Shown here piece after piece: positions 45,908 through 55,957 of a DNA stretch of 64,000 nt. The translations under genes were made by a program, and so were the position numbers. Below the pieces are notes generated by a model. The model made no database searches. It was not told where the DNA came from and saw only the letters and a list, made by a program, of their open reading frames with translations. The number at the start of each line of letters is the position of its first letter. Position 1 is the stretch's first letter. Origin of the DNA: an uncultured Bacteroidales bacterium (GTDB lineage Bacteria; Bacteroidota; Bacteroidia; Bacteroidales; WCHB1-69); assembly GCA_934699095.1 (NCBI GenBank), contig CAKUVI010000001.1, forward strand, positions 320,890 through 384,889. The letters run 5' to 3'.

Positions 45908-46696
45908 CTAATAAATGTAGGGGAAGATCTTGTAGCGTTTCAGGGATGTGAACTCCTCGCCGAAAAACTGTGTGTAGCGGGCATAAACCGCCTTTGAGCG
46001 CGGCACAATGTTGGAAAAGCTCCATAACACGAATACGAAGCCGGGAATCGACCAGGTGAGTATCGCAAAACCGACCCATTCGACAATCTCGCCGAAATAG
46101 TTTGCGGAACTGATCTTGTTGAACATCCATCCTTTGGGAAGATAATAGTTGTTGTCTGTCACATCGGAACGCAAATCCCGGATGACACGGTCGGCGTAAA
46201 TGTTGACCACCATCCCGAAAAGGAACACCAAGGTGCCGATTATGAATTGCGGCGACCAGAACCAAGAGATAGGGTAGGCGTCTTCCGGACAGAAGAAAAA
46301 CAGCCATCCGCCCTGCATTATTGCATTGAAAGTGTTGAACACGGCTCCCGTTATGATGATGGAAATCGGCATTTTGCTTTGCCCCTTCATCAGGAGCGGA
46401 AAGATGAAGGATCTCTGGAAATAGTGGAATTCAAAGAACACAAACATCACGCAAGTCACCATGTTGAATGGTTTCACTCCGGTTGCGAATGATATGAAAT
46501 AGAGTATCAGCATTGAGAAAAACACAGGGCATTCCATGATAAACCAGCCCAAGTTGCTTCGTATGGAGACGCCCCACCGGTTGTTGAAAGTCATACCGTA
46601 TGCGGGTGTGATGAATTGCAGAATGATGAAAACCAAAACTCCCAGAATTGTCATCACAGGGAGCAAAATGGAGTAGAATTGAGCGAATAATTCCAT
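45908..46696 (-). CDS. steroid 5-alpha-reductase/DUF1295-like membrane oxidoreductase
   Basis: Polytopic protein with C-terminal ANYFGEIVEWVGFAIL...PRSKAVYARY, matching the SRD5A-family C-terminal pattern. Confidence 0.7.
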   Translation of the reverse strand: MELFAQFYSILLPVMTILGVLVFIILQFITPAYGMTFNNRWGVSIRSNLGWFIMECPVFFSMLILYFISFATGVKPFNMVTCVMFVFFEFHYFQRSFIFPLLMKGQSKMPISIIITGAVFNTFNAIMQGGWLFFFCPEDAYPISWFWSPQFIIGTLVFLFGMVVNIYADRVIRDLRSDVTDNNYYLPKGWMFNKISSANYFGEIVEWVGFAILTWSIPGFVFVLWSFSNIVPRSKAVYARYTQFFGEEFTSLKRYKIFPYIY

Positions 46697-46708
46697 GAAT
46701 ATTAAGGT

Positions 46709-47719
46709 TTATGAGAATGATTTTCCGTCAAATTTGGTTTTTCTTTTAAGATAGTGGAGAAAAACCACGGAGCCCTGATAGCAGTCGCGGAAGGCGATTT
46801 TGGGCATGGTGTTGCGTTTTGCGAAGAATTTCTTGTAGGTTGTGGCGAAGGTGAATATGGCCTTGTAAACGGCGAGGAAATCCTTGAAATGCCCTTGGAA
46901 AAGGAAGGAAAAAGCCGCCACTTGATCCAAGAAAAACCTGAGTATCAGGGTTTTGGTGAGTCTTTCATCAGGGAGATTCTTGATAAGTAGGTAAAGACTG
47001 TTCCTGAAGTTGAGGAAAGTCTTCATGGAGTTGTTTTTGGGAAGTGTGCCGCCGCCGATGTGGTAAACTACCGAGTTGGGGTTGACTTTTATGGAGTATC
47101 CCACATTCTTGATTCTCCAGCAGAAGTCGATCTCCTCCATGTGGGCGAAGAAGTCGTCGTCTAGACCGCCCATGGTATGATAAACGTCGCTGCGCACGAA
47201 CAGGGCGGCACCGGAAGCCCAGAAAATGTCAATGGCGTTGTCGTATTGTCCGTGGTCGGTCTCGAGGTTGCCGAACACGCGGCCGCGGCAGAAAGGATAC
47301 CCGTACTTGTCGATATAGCCGCCGCAGGCTCCCGAATATTCGAACTCGTCGCGCTTGTAGTACGAAAGCAGCTTCGGCTGCACCGCGGCCAAAGTCTCCT
47401 GAGCGTCCATCTGTTCGATGACAGGCTCTATCCAATGGTCTGTGACTTCGATGTCGGAGTTCAGGAGGCAATAATATTGTGCATCAATCTGACGGAGTGC
47501 AAGATTGTATCCCCTGGCAAAACCTTCGTTTCGCTCGTTCTGTAAAAGTCGTATATCAGGGTAATTTTCTCTCAGGAAAGACACGGAATCGTCGGTGGAG
47601 GCGTTGTCGCACACCACAAGCTCAGCGTAGTCAGGGAGCGTGCCTATGAGCTTCGGCAAGAATTGCTCAAGGTATCTCCGACCGTTCCAGTTAAGGATTA
47701 CTACAGATAGTTTCGCCAT
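46709..47719 (-). CDS. family 2 glycosyltransferase
   Basis: N-terminal SVVILNWNG...VVCDNASTD and a DxD-like region (LNSDIEV). Confidence 0.8.
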   Translation of the reverse strand: MAKLSVVILNWNGRRYLEQFLPKLIGTLPDYAELVVCDNASTDDSVSFLRENYPDIRLLQNERNEGFARGYNLALRQIDAQYYCLLNSDIEVTDHWIEPVIEQMDAQETLAAVQPKLLSYYKRDEFEYSGACGGYIDKYGYPFCRGRVFGNLETDHGQYDNAIDIFWASGAALFVRSDVYHTMGGLDDDFFAHMEEIDFCWRIKNVGYSIKVNPNSVVYHIGGGTLPKNNSMKTFLNFRNSLYLLIKNLPDERLTKTLILRFFLDQVAAFSFLFQGHFKDFLAVYKAIFTFATTYKKFFAKRNTMPKIAFRDCYQGSVVFLHYLKRKTKFDGKSFS

Positions 47720-47744
47720 TTTCTGAGTTGTTCAAATCAGGCCG

Positions 47745-47752
47745 CAAAGATA
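47745..47752 (-). promoter_or_regulatory. -7 promoter box (TATCTTTG on the minus strand)
   Basis: TAnnTTTG match 26 nt upstream of the ATG at 47719. Confidence 0.5.
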
Positions 47753-47899
47753 ATAAATTAATCTCTATTTTGAAAATCAAAAATCATCAATTCCCTCTGT
47801 GACCCACTGTTCAGGCTGTTTTTTGATATGTTGGGACTTGATTTGCCGCGGTTTTCAGATAAAAATATTGTCTGGGCGGTTTTTGTCTTGAATTTTGTG

Positions 47900-47907
47900 T
47901 ACATTTG
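47900..47907 (+). promoter_or_regulatory. -7 promoter box (TACATTTG)
   Basis: TAnnTTTG match 40 nt upstream of the ATG at 47947. Confidence 0.5.
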
Positions 47908-47946
47908 CCGCCGTTTTTTTATTACTAACAAATAGTCATAGAAATT

Positions 47947-50013
47947 ATGGAATCACAAGAACTTCTTCACCCGGAAAATTCTGAAATCCAGAACAATGAG
48001 GTGAATCCTGAAGCTGCCCAAGCAGCTCAAACAATTAATGAAAATGCAACTACCGAATCCGCCATGGAACCTGAAAATGCGGAAAATGCTCCACAACCGG
48101 AAGTTGCTGAAGAACACACTCCCGCTGAGGAGCAAAAACAAGAAACCAGCGCCGAAGCTGAAAAACCTGAGGAAACCCTCGAACAAGTTGAAAGCGAGTA
48201 TGCTCCATTCAACCTTGAGCAGTGTGTTCAGGAGATGGAAAGATTAGTTGTTGAACCAAACTTCAACATCATCAAACAACGTGTCGGTGTTCTTCGCGCC
48301 AAAGTGCTCGAATTCCTTCGCGAAAGAAGACGCACACAACAGGCTGAATACGAAGCTGCCAAAGCCGCTGCCCAAAACCAAGTGGCAGAAGATGGACAAC
48401 CAGCAGCTGAAATGCCCGAGTTCACTTACGTGCCCGATGAAGTTGAAAAGCGTTTCAATGCCGCCTTCCAAACATTCAAAGACAACAAGGCTGCCTTCAT
48501 CGAGAACCTCGAACAACAGAAAATCAAGAATCTCGAACTAAAAAATAAAATCATAGACGAACTCAAAAACCTCCTGGATACCGAGACAAACCTCAAGGTC
48601 CTGAACGACAAGGTAAAAGAGTTCCAAGAACAATGGAAAGCCATTGGTCCAGTACCTCAAGCTGAATCTACAAACCTCTGGCAGAACTACCATTTCCATA
48701 TAGAAAAATTCTTCGACATCGTACGCATGAACCGCGAAATGCGTATGCTTGATTACAAGAAGAACCTCGAACAAAAACTCCAACTCTGCGAAAAAGCCGA
48801 GTCGCTTCTCCTTAATGATTCTATCAACCAGTCTTTCAACGAGCTGCAGGAACTTCACCGTCAATGGAAGGAGATAGGACCTGTTCCTGACGACAAAAAA
48901 GAGGAGATTTGGGAACGCTTCAAAACAGCTTCAGACCAAATCAACCAGCGCCGCCGCGAACACTACGACAAGCTTTTCGCAGAAGAACAGAACAACTACA
49001 ACGCCAAGGTCGTACTTTGCGAACAGGCCGAAGAACTCGTTTCAAAACCTGTTGAACAAGTTTCTGAATACAACGAAACCGGCGACAAACTCACCGAGCT
49101 TCTCAACCTCTGGAAAACCCTCGGACCTGCACCTGCAAAACTGAACGACGAGATCTGGATGCGCTTCAAATCCAACCTCGACAAGTTCTTCCAGCAGAAA
49201 AAAGAGTATTTCCAGCAGATAAAGGATGTTCAGATGCAAAATTACAACCAGAAACTGAATTTGGCTATCCAAGCTGAAGGCATCGCTGACAGGACAGACT
49301 GGAAACAGGCCACCGACGAGATCCTCGCCCTCCAGACAGAGTGGAAGACCATCGGCGCCACACCTCGCAAATATTCCGACCAAGTCTGGAAACGCTTCCG
49401 CGCAGCTTGCGACAAGTTCTTCGAAGCAAAGGCCAACTACTATAACAACGCCCAAAACGAAGAACATGAAAATCTTCAAAAGAAGGAAGAACTTATCAAG
49501 AAGATTCAGGAATATCAGTTCGGTGATGACAGAAATGCAAATCTCGATGCCATGAAGGCTTACCAGAAAGAGTGGCTTGAGATAGGTTTCGTTCCCCGCA
49601 GCGAGAAAGACAGAATCTACACTGAATACCGTAACGCCATCAACAAGCGTTTCGCCGAGCTCCAGGTTTCTGCCGAGGATACACGTCACAACCGTTATCA
49701 GTCTCGCCTCGATGACATCATGAGAAATCCTAACGCCGAAAAGCTCATCGACCGCGAAAAGAACCTCCTCACAAACAAACTCGCCCGCTTGAAGGACGAC
49801 ATCGTGTTGTGGGAGAACAACTTGGGGTTCTTCTCCAATTCTAAAAACGCTGACATTCTCACAGCTGAATTCCGCAAAAAAATCGAATCAGCAAAACGTG
49901 AGGTTGCAGACTTGGAATACAAGATCAAAATGATGAACAATCCTAAATCCGAGGAATCTGCCCCTGCTAATGAATCAGAAGCAAAAGCTGAAAATGAAAC
50001 CACAGCTGAATAA
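47947..50013 (+). CDS. DUF349 repeat protein
   Basis: At least five repeats carrying the W(K/L)xIG(P/A/F)xP core (QWKAIGPVP, QWKEIGPVP, LWKTLGPAP, EWKTIGATP, EWLEIGFVP), plus an acidic N-terminus. Confidence 0.8.
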   Translation: MESQELLHPENSEIQNNEVNPEAAQAAQTINENATTESAMEPENAENAPQPEVAEEHTPAEEQKQETSAEAEKPEETLEQVESEYAPFNLEQCVQEMERLVVEPNFNIIKQRVGVLRAKVLEFLRERRRTQQAEYEAAKAAAQNQVAEDGQPAAEMPEFTYVPDEVEKRFNAAFQTFKDNKAAFIENLEQQKIKNLELKNKIIDELKNLLDTETNLKVLNDKVKEFQEQWKAIGPVPQAESTNLWQNYHFHIEKFFDIVRMNREMRMLDYKKNLEQKLQLCEKAESLLLNDSINQSFNELQELHRQWKEIGPVPDDKKEEIWERFKTASDQINQRRREHYDKLFAEEQNNYNAKVVLCEQAEELVSKPVEQVSEYNETGDKLTELLNLWKTLGPAPAKLNDEIWMRFKSNLDKFFQQKKEYFQQIKDVQMQNYNQKLNLAIQAEGIADRTDWKQATDEILALQTEWKTIGATPRKYSDQVWKRFRAACDKFFEAKANYYNNAQNEEHENLQKKEELIKKIQEYQFGDDRNANLDAMKAYQKEWLEIGFVPRSEKDRIYTEYRNAINKRFAELQVSAEDTRHNRYQSRLDDIMRNPNAEKLIDREKNLLTNKLARLKDDIVLWENNLGFFSNSKNADILTAEFRKKIESAKREVADLEYKIKMMNNPKSEESAPANESEAKAENETTAE

Positions 50014-50035
50014 CACAACGTTGAATAGTCCAATT

Positions 50036-50500
50036 TTGAAAATATCAAAATTAATTCTTCTTTTTGCATTTTTCTTTTTTCATAATTCGTCTGCGGCCGC
50101 CCAAACGGGTGCCGCAGACTTGCTTATTGGCACATATTATGTTTCAGACGACACATCAGACGAGCAATGCAAAGTGAAGATAGAGAAGGACAAATCCGGG
50201 ACCTACAGCGGCAGGATGGTGTGGGTCAAAAACCCATATTTCAAGGATGGAACGGAGAAGCATGACATAATGAATCCTGATCCAGCCAAACGCAGTACCA
50301 AGTGGGACAAGATCAAGTTTGTGTATGACTTCAAATATGACTCCAAGAAAAACCAGTGGGTTGACGGGAAAATATATGATCCTGTGCATGGAAAGACATA
50401 CAAGTGCAAGATGTGGTTCGAGAAACCGAACCTCCTGAAGGTGCGCGGCTATATTGGTGTGTCGGCACTCGGCAGGACAATGACATGGAAAAAATTGTGA
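50036..50500 (+). CDS. DUF2147 domain-containing secreted protein
   Basis: IYDPVHGKTYKCKMW...LKVRGYIGVSALGRTMTWKK is typical of DUF2147. A TTG at 50036 gives a clean signal peptide (KISKLILLFAFFFF..AAAQ). The alternative ATG at 49970 overlaps DUF349. Confidence 0.65.
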   Translation: MKISKLILLFAFFFFHNSSAAAQTGAADLLIGTYYVSDDTSDEQCKVKIEKDKSGTYSGRMVWVKNPYFKDGTEKHDIMNPDPAKRSTKWDKIKFVYDFKYDSKKNQWVDGKIYDPVHGKTYKCKMWFEKPNLLKVRGYIGVSALGRTMTWKKL

Positions 50501-50503
50501 TTT

Positions 50504-50905
50504 ATGGAAAACCTAAATGTTAGAATAGACAAATGGTTGTGGATGGTGCGTCTTTTCAAGACCAGGTCCATTGCCACCGAAGCCTGTAACGCCGGCAAGG
50601 TCAAGCTCAATGGTGTGAACGTGAAGCCGTCGCGCGACGTGCGCAAGGGAGAGGTTTACGAAGTTCATATCGGCTCCCTGAACAAGACCGTTGAGGTTGT
50701 TGACGCACCGAAAAGCAGGGTGGGAGCTCCCCTTGTGCCGCAATATTGCAACGACCTGACTCCGCAGAGCGAGTATGACAGGATGAAGACACTCAAAACC
50801 CAGGAGTTCCGCCCGCACGGCCTCGGAAGACCCACCAAGCGCGAACGCCGCCAGTTGGATTATATCAAGGACAACTATTTCGACGGAGAGTGGGAAGATG
50901 AATAA
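50504..50905 (+). CDS. hslR: S4-domain RNA-binding protein (Hsp15/HslR-like)
   Basis: VRIDKWLWMVRLFKTRSIATEACNAGKVKLNG S4 motif. Confidence 0.75.
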   Translation: MENLNVRIDKWLWMVRLFKTRSIATEACNAGKVKLNGVNVKPSRDVRKGEVYEVHIGSLNKTVEVVDAPKSRVGAPLVPQYCNDLTPQSEYDRMKTLKTQEFRPHGLGRPTKRERRQLDYIKDNYFDGEWEDE

Positions 50906-50968
50906 AAATTTGCAATATTAATATAACTTATTCGTTATTGTAGAGTCTTACAAGCTGAATTTTTGACT

Positions 50969-52339
50969 ATGAGGATACATTTTATAGCTATAGGGGGTAG
51001 CGCGATGCATAATCTGGCAATCGCTCTGAAAAACAAAGGTTACGAAATCACAGGGTCGGATGATGAGATTTTCGATCCCGCTAAAAGCCGTCTTGAGAAA
51101 TATGGCATCCTGCCGAAAAAAACCGGCTGGGACCCGCAAAACATAACTCCTGATATAGATGCTGTAATCCTCGGAATGCACGCCCGCGAGGACAATCCCG
51201 AACTTGTGCGAGCCAAAGAGCTGAACCTCAAGATTTTCTCTTATCCGGAATATCTTTATGAACAGTCAAAAGACAAAACTCGGGTTGTGGTTGGCGGAAG
51301 CCATGGCAAAACAACCATTACTTCCATGATTATCCATGTCCTGCAGCACCTCGACATCGACTGTGACTACATGGTCGGAGCCCAATTGGAAGGCTTTGAA
51401 GTCATGGTGCGACTTACTGATTCTGCCAAGATAATGGTGATTGAGGGCGACGAATACCTCACTTCACCCATTGACCGCCGGCCCAAATTCCATGTCTATA
51501 AGCCTAATGTCGGCATTGTGAGCGGAATCGCATGGGACCATGTCAATGTCTTCCCTACGTTCGAAAATTATGTTGAACAGTTCGAGATCTTCGCTAAACT
51601 GATACCTCAGAACGGACAGTTTATATACTGTGACGAGGATGCAGAACTCCGCAAGCTCAGCACTAAAATCACCAACACAACCCTGAAGCCGTATGGAATT
51701 CATCCGTATGTGATAGAAGACGGCGTGACATATCTTGAGACACCTCAGGGCCGCGTTCCATTGATGATATTCGGTAAGCATAACCTTATGAACATCAACG
51801 CGGCACGCCTTGCCTGCAATGCGGTGGGCGTCACCGATGAACAGTTCTATGACGCTATCAGAACTTTCAAGGGCGCATCCAAGCGGCTGGAACTGATAGC
51901 CAAAAACGGAAACCGCGCGGCATATAAGGATTTTGCACACTCACCTTCAAAACTGAAGGCTACGATTAATGCCGTGAGAGAACAGTATCCTAATCGTAAG
52001 TTAGTGGCTTGTATGGAGTTGCATACATTCAGCAGTCTCAGTGAGTCGTTTTTGAAACAGTATGCCGGTACGATGGACGAAGCCGATGTGGCCTATGTTT
52101 ACTTCTCTCCGGCAGCCGTTGCACATAAAAAACTCCCACCCATCTCCACAAAGATGATATATGATGCTTTCAGAAGAGCTGATTTGCATGTTTTCGATGA
52201 TTCTCGCAAGCTTACCGACTCGCTTATCTCTTTGAATTGGGATAATTCGGTGCTGCTGTTGATGTCATCCGGAAATTTTGATGGAATAAATCTGAACGAA
52301 TTTGGTGAAAAAATTGTATTTTCGCGGTCCGCTAATTAG
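50969..52339 (+). CDS. mpl: UDP-N-acetylmuramate:L-alanyl-gamma-D-glutamyl-meso-DAP ligase
   Basis: N-terminal IHFIAIGGSAMHNLAIAL and Mur-ligase P-loop GGSHGKTT. The ORF track starts at TTG 50963; ATG 50969 is preferred. Confidence 0.85.
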   Translation: MRIHFIAIGGSAMHNLAIALKNKGYEITGSDDEIFDPAKSRLEKYGILPKKTGWDPQNITPDIDAVILGMHAREDNPELVRAKELNLKIFSYPEYLYEQSKDKTRVVVGGSHGKTTITSMIIHVLQHLDIDCDYMVGAQLEGFEVMVRLTDSAKIMVIEGDEYLTSPIDRRPKFHVYKPNVGIVSGIAWDHVNVFPTFENYVEQFEIFAKLIPQNGQFIYCDEDAELRKLSTKITNTTLKPYGIHPYVIEDGVTYLETPQGRVPLMIFGKHNLMNINAARLACNAVGVTDEQFYDAIRTFKGASKRLELIAKNGNRAAYKDFAHSPSKLKATINAVREQYPNRKLVACMELHTFSSLSESFLKQYAGTMDEADVAYVYFSPAAVAHKKLPPISTKMIYDAFRRADLHVFDDSRKLTDSLISLNWDNSVLLLMSSGNFDGINLNEFGEKIVFSRSAN

Positions 52340-52412
52340 GTCTGAATATTAGGCGGTATAGGTATAAGTATTTGATTTATAAATAGATATAAAATAATTA
52401 AAATATAAAAAA

Positions 52413-53510
52413 ATGAAAAAATTAAGTCTGTTATTGTTATTGGCTGTGGCATTTGTTTTCAGCTATGCGCAACCAGAAATCAAATTTGAATCAAACACCT
52501 ACGATTTTGGTAAAATCAAGGAAGAGGGTGGCAAAGTTACAGGAAGATTCAATTTTACAAATGTTGGAAACCAGCCTTTGGAGTTGGTAAGTGTGCGTCC
52601 TGGATGTGGCTGTACGGCAGCGAACTACACACACGGACAGATTGCCCCGGGTGAGAGCGGTTACATTGAGGCCACATACAACCCATACAACCGTCCGGGC
52701 GCCTTCACAAAGAACATTCGTGTGACTACCAACGAGCCCAAGTTCCAGGAAAATGATAAGGCAACACCGCACATGATTTTCATCAAGGGTGAAGTCATCA
52801 AACGCCCTCCTACAGAATTTGAAATTGCAGGTTACACCAAGACCGGTGGTATGCTCCGCATCAAAGAACCGGATGTTGCTCACAATGTGCTCAACACACA
52901 GTCTCAGCTTGACACTTTCTATGTTAGAAATTTCTGGAACAAACCTGTTTCAATTCAGTTGGACAACGCTCCTGAGTTCATCAGTGAGGTTAACCGCAAC
53001 TTCGGTTCTGAACTGGCTCCTGGCAAAGAAGGTTTCATAGTGTTGAAATATGATGCATCAAAACGTGGTAAGTTCGGCCAACAGCGCGATATGATCAACT
53101 TCAAGACAAACGATTCTATCGAGCAGACCAAACGCGTTCATTATGCAATGAATATCAAAGAAGATTTCTCAAAGCTTTCAGCAAAGCAACTTAAGAATGC
53201 TCCTGTATCTTCAATAGAGGTTGAAAAGCTCGAGTATGGTGAAGTTGCAAGAAATTCCACTAACACCAAGAGATTTGTGATTAAGAACACAGGTAAAAGC
53301 CCTCTGATCATCAGGGCTCTCGAGTCTTCTTCATCACTCTTCAAGGTAAGTGCTCCTTCAATGGAAGTTCCCGCAGGCGGTTCTCAGGAAATTATCGTTG
53401 TTTTCAAGGCCAACAACAGAAACACCACTCACCGAAGCACAATCGATGTTATCACAAACGATCCTAACCATCCTATCTACAGCGTTTCTGCTTCAGCCAC
53501 TGTGAAGTAA
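52413..53510 (+). CDS. DUF1573 repeat protein (secreted)
   Basis: YDFGKIKEEGGKV...FTNVGNQPLELVSVRPGCGCT is typical of DUF1573, and further Ig-like repeats follow. Confidence 0.75.
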   Translation: MKKLSLLLLLAVAFVFSYAQPEIKFESNTYDFGKIKEEGGKVTGRFNFTNVGNQPLELVSVRPGCGCTAANYTHGQIAPGESGYIEATYNPYNRPGAFTKNIRVTTNEPKFQENDKATPHMIFIKGEVIKRPPTEFEIAGYTKTGGMLRIKEPDVAHNVLNTQSQLDTFYVRNFWNKPVSIQLDNAPEFISEVNRNFGSELAPGKEGFIVLKYDASKRGKFGQQRDMINFKTNDSIEQTKRVHYAMNIKEDFSKLSAKQLKNAPVSSIEVEKLEYGEVARNSTNTKRFVIKNTGKSPLIIRALESSSSLFKVSAPSMEVPAGGSQEIIVVFKANNRNTTHRSTIDVITNDPNHPIYSVSASATVK

Positions 53511-53536
53511 GAGAGTATTGGTTAAACATTATATAG

Positions 53537-53567
53537 AAGGCACCTCGTTGAGAAGGTGCCTTTTTTC
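53537..53567 (+). terminator. intrinsic terminator
   Basis: AAGGCACCT, an 8 nt loop, AGGTGCCTT, then TTTT. Confidence 0.8.
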
Positions 53568-53804
53568 GTTATAAGCAATGATCACTACACCAACCGATCC
53601 TCTAATTACAAGAAATATTGTCATAGGCTGAAAATAAACGTAGGTTTTCGTGCTGCCAATATTAATTAAAAAATCATATTTTAGAAGGCGTGACTGGAAA
53701 TAGGGATGTCAATAGGGAAAAGGTAGATACGCAATCATACTGGAATCATTATTACAATGCAATAAAATTTTATGACTCTATAATATTCAATACGTAAAAT
53801 TTTG

Positions 53805-53812
53805 TACTTTTG
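53805..53812 (+). promoter_or_regulatory. -7 promoter box (TACTTTTG)
   Basis: TAnnTTTG match 22 nt upstream of the ATG at 53834. It lies inside the longer ORF-track start at 53810. Confidence 0.5.
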
Positions 53813-53833
53813 CGCGTTATTAAATTTCTTGAA

Positions 53834-54988
53834 ATGATATATTTAGATAACTCAGCAACATCTTATCCTAAACCTAATGAGGTTTATGAATTCATGGATT
53901 TATTTTATCGTCAGCACGGCGTAAGTCCGGGACGTGCAGGTTATGACGCTGGTATAGAAACAGGCGAAGTGCTGACCGAGACTCGTCGTATGCTCACCAA
54001 ATTGTTCAATGGTGGAACAGATGAGAAAAGACTGACTTTCAGTTATAACGCAACAGACTCTCTCAATATTCTAATTCAAGGCTTGGCGGAGAAGGGCACT
54101 CATGTCATCACTACAATGTTGGAACATAACTCAGTCCTTCGTCCTTTATATCACCTTGAAAAAGAGGGAATCATTGAGGTGACATATCTTCCGTTTGACG
54201 CAGCAGGATATGTACATCCAGAAGATTTCGAGAAAGCCATCAGGCCAAACACCAAGATGGTGGTTTGCACACAGTGCTCAAATGTTATCGGCACAGTGCA
54301 GCCAATCAAGGAGATAGGCAAGGTCTGCAAGGAACATGGCATAATCTTCGTTGTTGACGGCAGTCAGGGAGCAGGTGCTATTAAAATGGATATGATTGAC
54401 TACAATGTTGACGCATACGCGTTTACTGGTCACAAGTGCCTTATGGGACCTACCGGCATCGGTGGCAGCTATGTGCGCGAGGGCATCGAAGTGAAACATA
54501 CCCGCTTCGGCGGAACCGGTGTGAAGTCGGCTGTTCGCGACCATCTTGACGAATATCCTTACCGTCTTGAGGCTGGTACAATTAATATGCTCGGTATCAG
54601 TGGTTTGCATGCAGGTGTGAAATGGATAACAGAAAAGGGTATTGAAAATATCCACGCTCAGGAAATGGCACTTTGGAAGCGCCTCCGCGACGGCATTATC
54701 AATATCCCCGGCGTTATCGTATATTGTGCAACATCTGTGGAAAACCAAAATCCAGTTCTCTCCATCAACATCAAGGGATTCGAAGCCATGGATGTTGGCA
54801 CCATGCTCGATGTTGACTACGATATCGCATGCAGAACAGGTCTCCAATGCGCACCTCTCGTTCACAAGGGCTTGGGTACCTTCGACATAGACGGTACAGT
54901 GCGCTTGAGTATCGGTGCGTTCAACACTGAGGCCGATATCGACGCTTGCATCAATGCAATCAAGGAGATAGCCGCATTGAAAAATTAG
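53834..54988 (+). CDS. class V aminotransferase-fold PLP enzyme (cysteine desulfurase-like)
   Basis: MIYLDNSATSYPKP start and the PLP-lysine context FTGHKCLMGPTG. Confidence 0.8.
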   Translation: MIYLDNSATSYPKPNEVYEFMDLFYRQHGVSPGRAGYDAGIETGEVLTETRRMLTKLFNGGTDEKRLTFSYNATDSLNILIQGLAEKGTHVITTMLEHNSVLRPLYHLEKEGIIEVTYLPFDAAGYVHPEDFEKAIRPNTKMVVCTQCSNVIGTVQPIKEIGKVCKEHGIIFVVDGSQGAGAIKMDMIDYNVDAYAFTGHKCLMGPTGIGGSYVREGIEVKHTRFGGTGVKSAVRDHLDEYPYRLEAGTINMLGISGLHAGVKWITEKGIENIHAQEMALWKRLRDGIINIPGVIVYCATSVENQNPVLSINIKGFEAMDVGTMLDVDYDIACRTGLQCAPLVHKGLGTFDIDGTVRLSIGAFNTEADIDACINAIKEIAALKN

Positions 54989-55010
54989 TTATAGATTTGT
55001 ATCAGAGATA

Positions 55011-55047
55011 TTTAGAGACGCGCTTATGCACGTCTCTAAATTTTTTT
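55011..55047 (+). terminator. intrinsic terminator
   Basis: TTTAGAGACG, a 10 nt loop, CGTCTCTAAA, then TTTTTTT. Confidence 0.8.
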
Positions 55048-55057
55048 AATCTGTATA

Positions 55058-55957
55058 GTGAAAACCAAAAACAACAAATGGATTGGGCATATTTCGGTGA
55101 TAATAACGTATATTATCTTCGGAATCAACCCGAATTGTTCCAAGGCAATCGTGCCTGAGTACGTTTCTCCTGAAGTATTTACAGCCATACGGATGGTGTT
55201 TGCCATGGTTGCATATTGGGGAATCTCATTTTTTTACAAGTCTGAGAAGATAGAGAGAAGGGATATGGCAATGATAGCTTTCGGGGCGGTGTGCTTAGTG
55301 GGCACGCAACTGGCTTTTGCGGAGGCTATGCGGTATATCTCCCCGACTTATGTGTCGCTTATTTCAGCCATGTCGCCGTTGATTGTGATGTTGATGGCGG
55401 CAGTTTTCCTGAAAGAGCCAATCTCCACACGGAAGTCGTTGGGTGTGCTGTTCGGAATAGCTGGAGCCCTGATGATGATACTGTTTTCTTTGCATTCCGA
55501 TTCCCGTTACAGCAACGTGGGTATGGTGCTGTGTGTTGTGAATATAATCTTTTATGCGGCCTATCTTTTAGTCACAAGATCCATCTCGAACAAGTATTCT
55601 CCGGTGAACATGATGAAGTGGATGTTTTTGTACTGTGCGGTTTTGAGTGTGCCGATAGGGATTCCAACGGTAGGGGAGTCGCCGTTGTTGTTTGGCAATG
55701 CGCCTGCGATGGCGTACGTGAACATGGCAATCGTGGCCGTTTTCGCGACGGTGGTTGCCTATTTTCTGCTGCCGGTTGCACTGCGTTACCTGCGCCCCAC
55801 CACGGTGAGTATGTACAGCAACATGCAGCCGATAGTCACAGCTGTGGTGTCAATAGCCATCGGGCAGGACATCTTCACGTGGAACAAGCCTGTGGCGTTG
55901 GCCTTAGTTATAATTGGCGTATTTTTGGTTACAACAAGCAGGGCTAAGGGCGACTAA
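55058..55957 (+). CDS. EamA/DMT family transporter
   Basis: About 10 TM helices with the two-EamA-repeat architecture. GTG start as in the ORF track. Confidence 0.75.
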   Translation: MKTKNNKWIGHISVIITYIIFGINPNCSKAIVPEYVSPEVFTAIRMVFAMVAYWGISFFYKSEKIERRDMAMIAFGAVCLVGTQLAFAEAMRYISPTYVSLISAMSPLIVMLMAAVFLKEPISTRKSLGVLFGIAGALMMILFSLHSDSRYSNVGMVLCVVNIIFYAAYLLVTRSISNKYSPVNMMKWMFLYCAVLSVPIGIPTVGESPLLFGNAPAMAYVNMAIVAVFATVVAYFLLPVALRYLRPTTVSMYSNMQPIVTAVVSIAIGQDIFTWNKPVALALVIIGVFLVTTSRAKGD

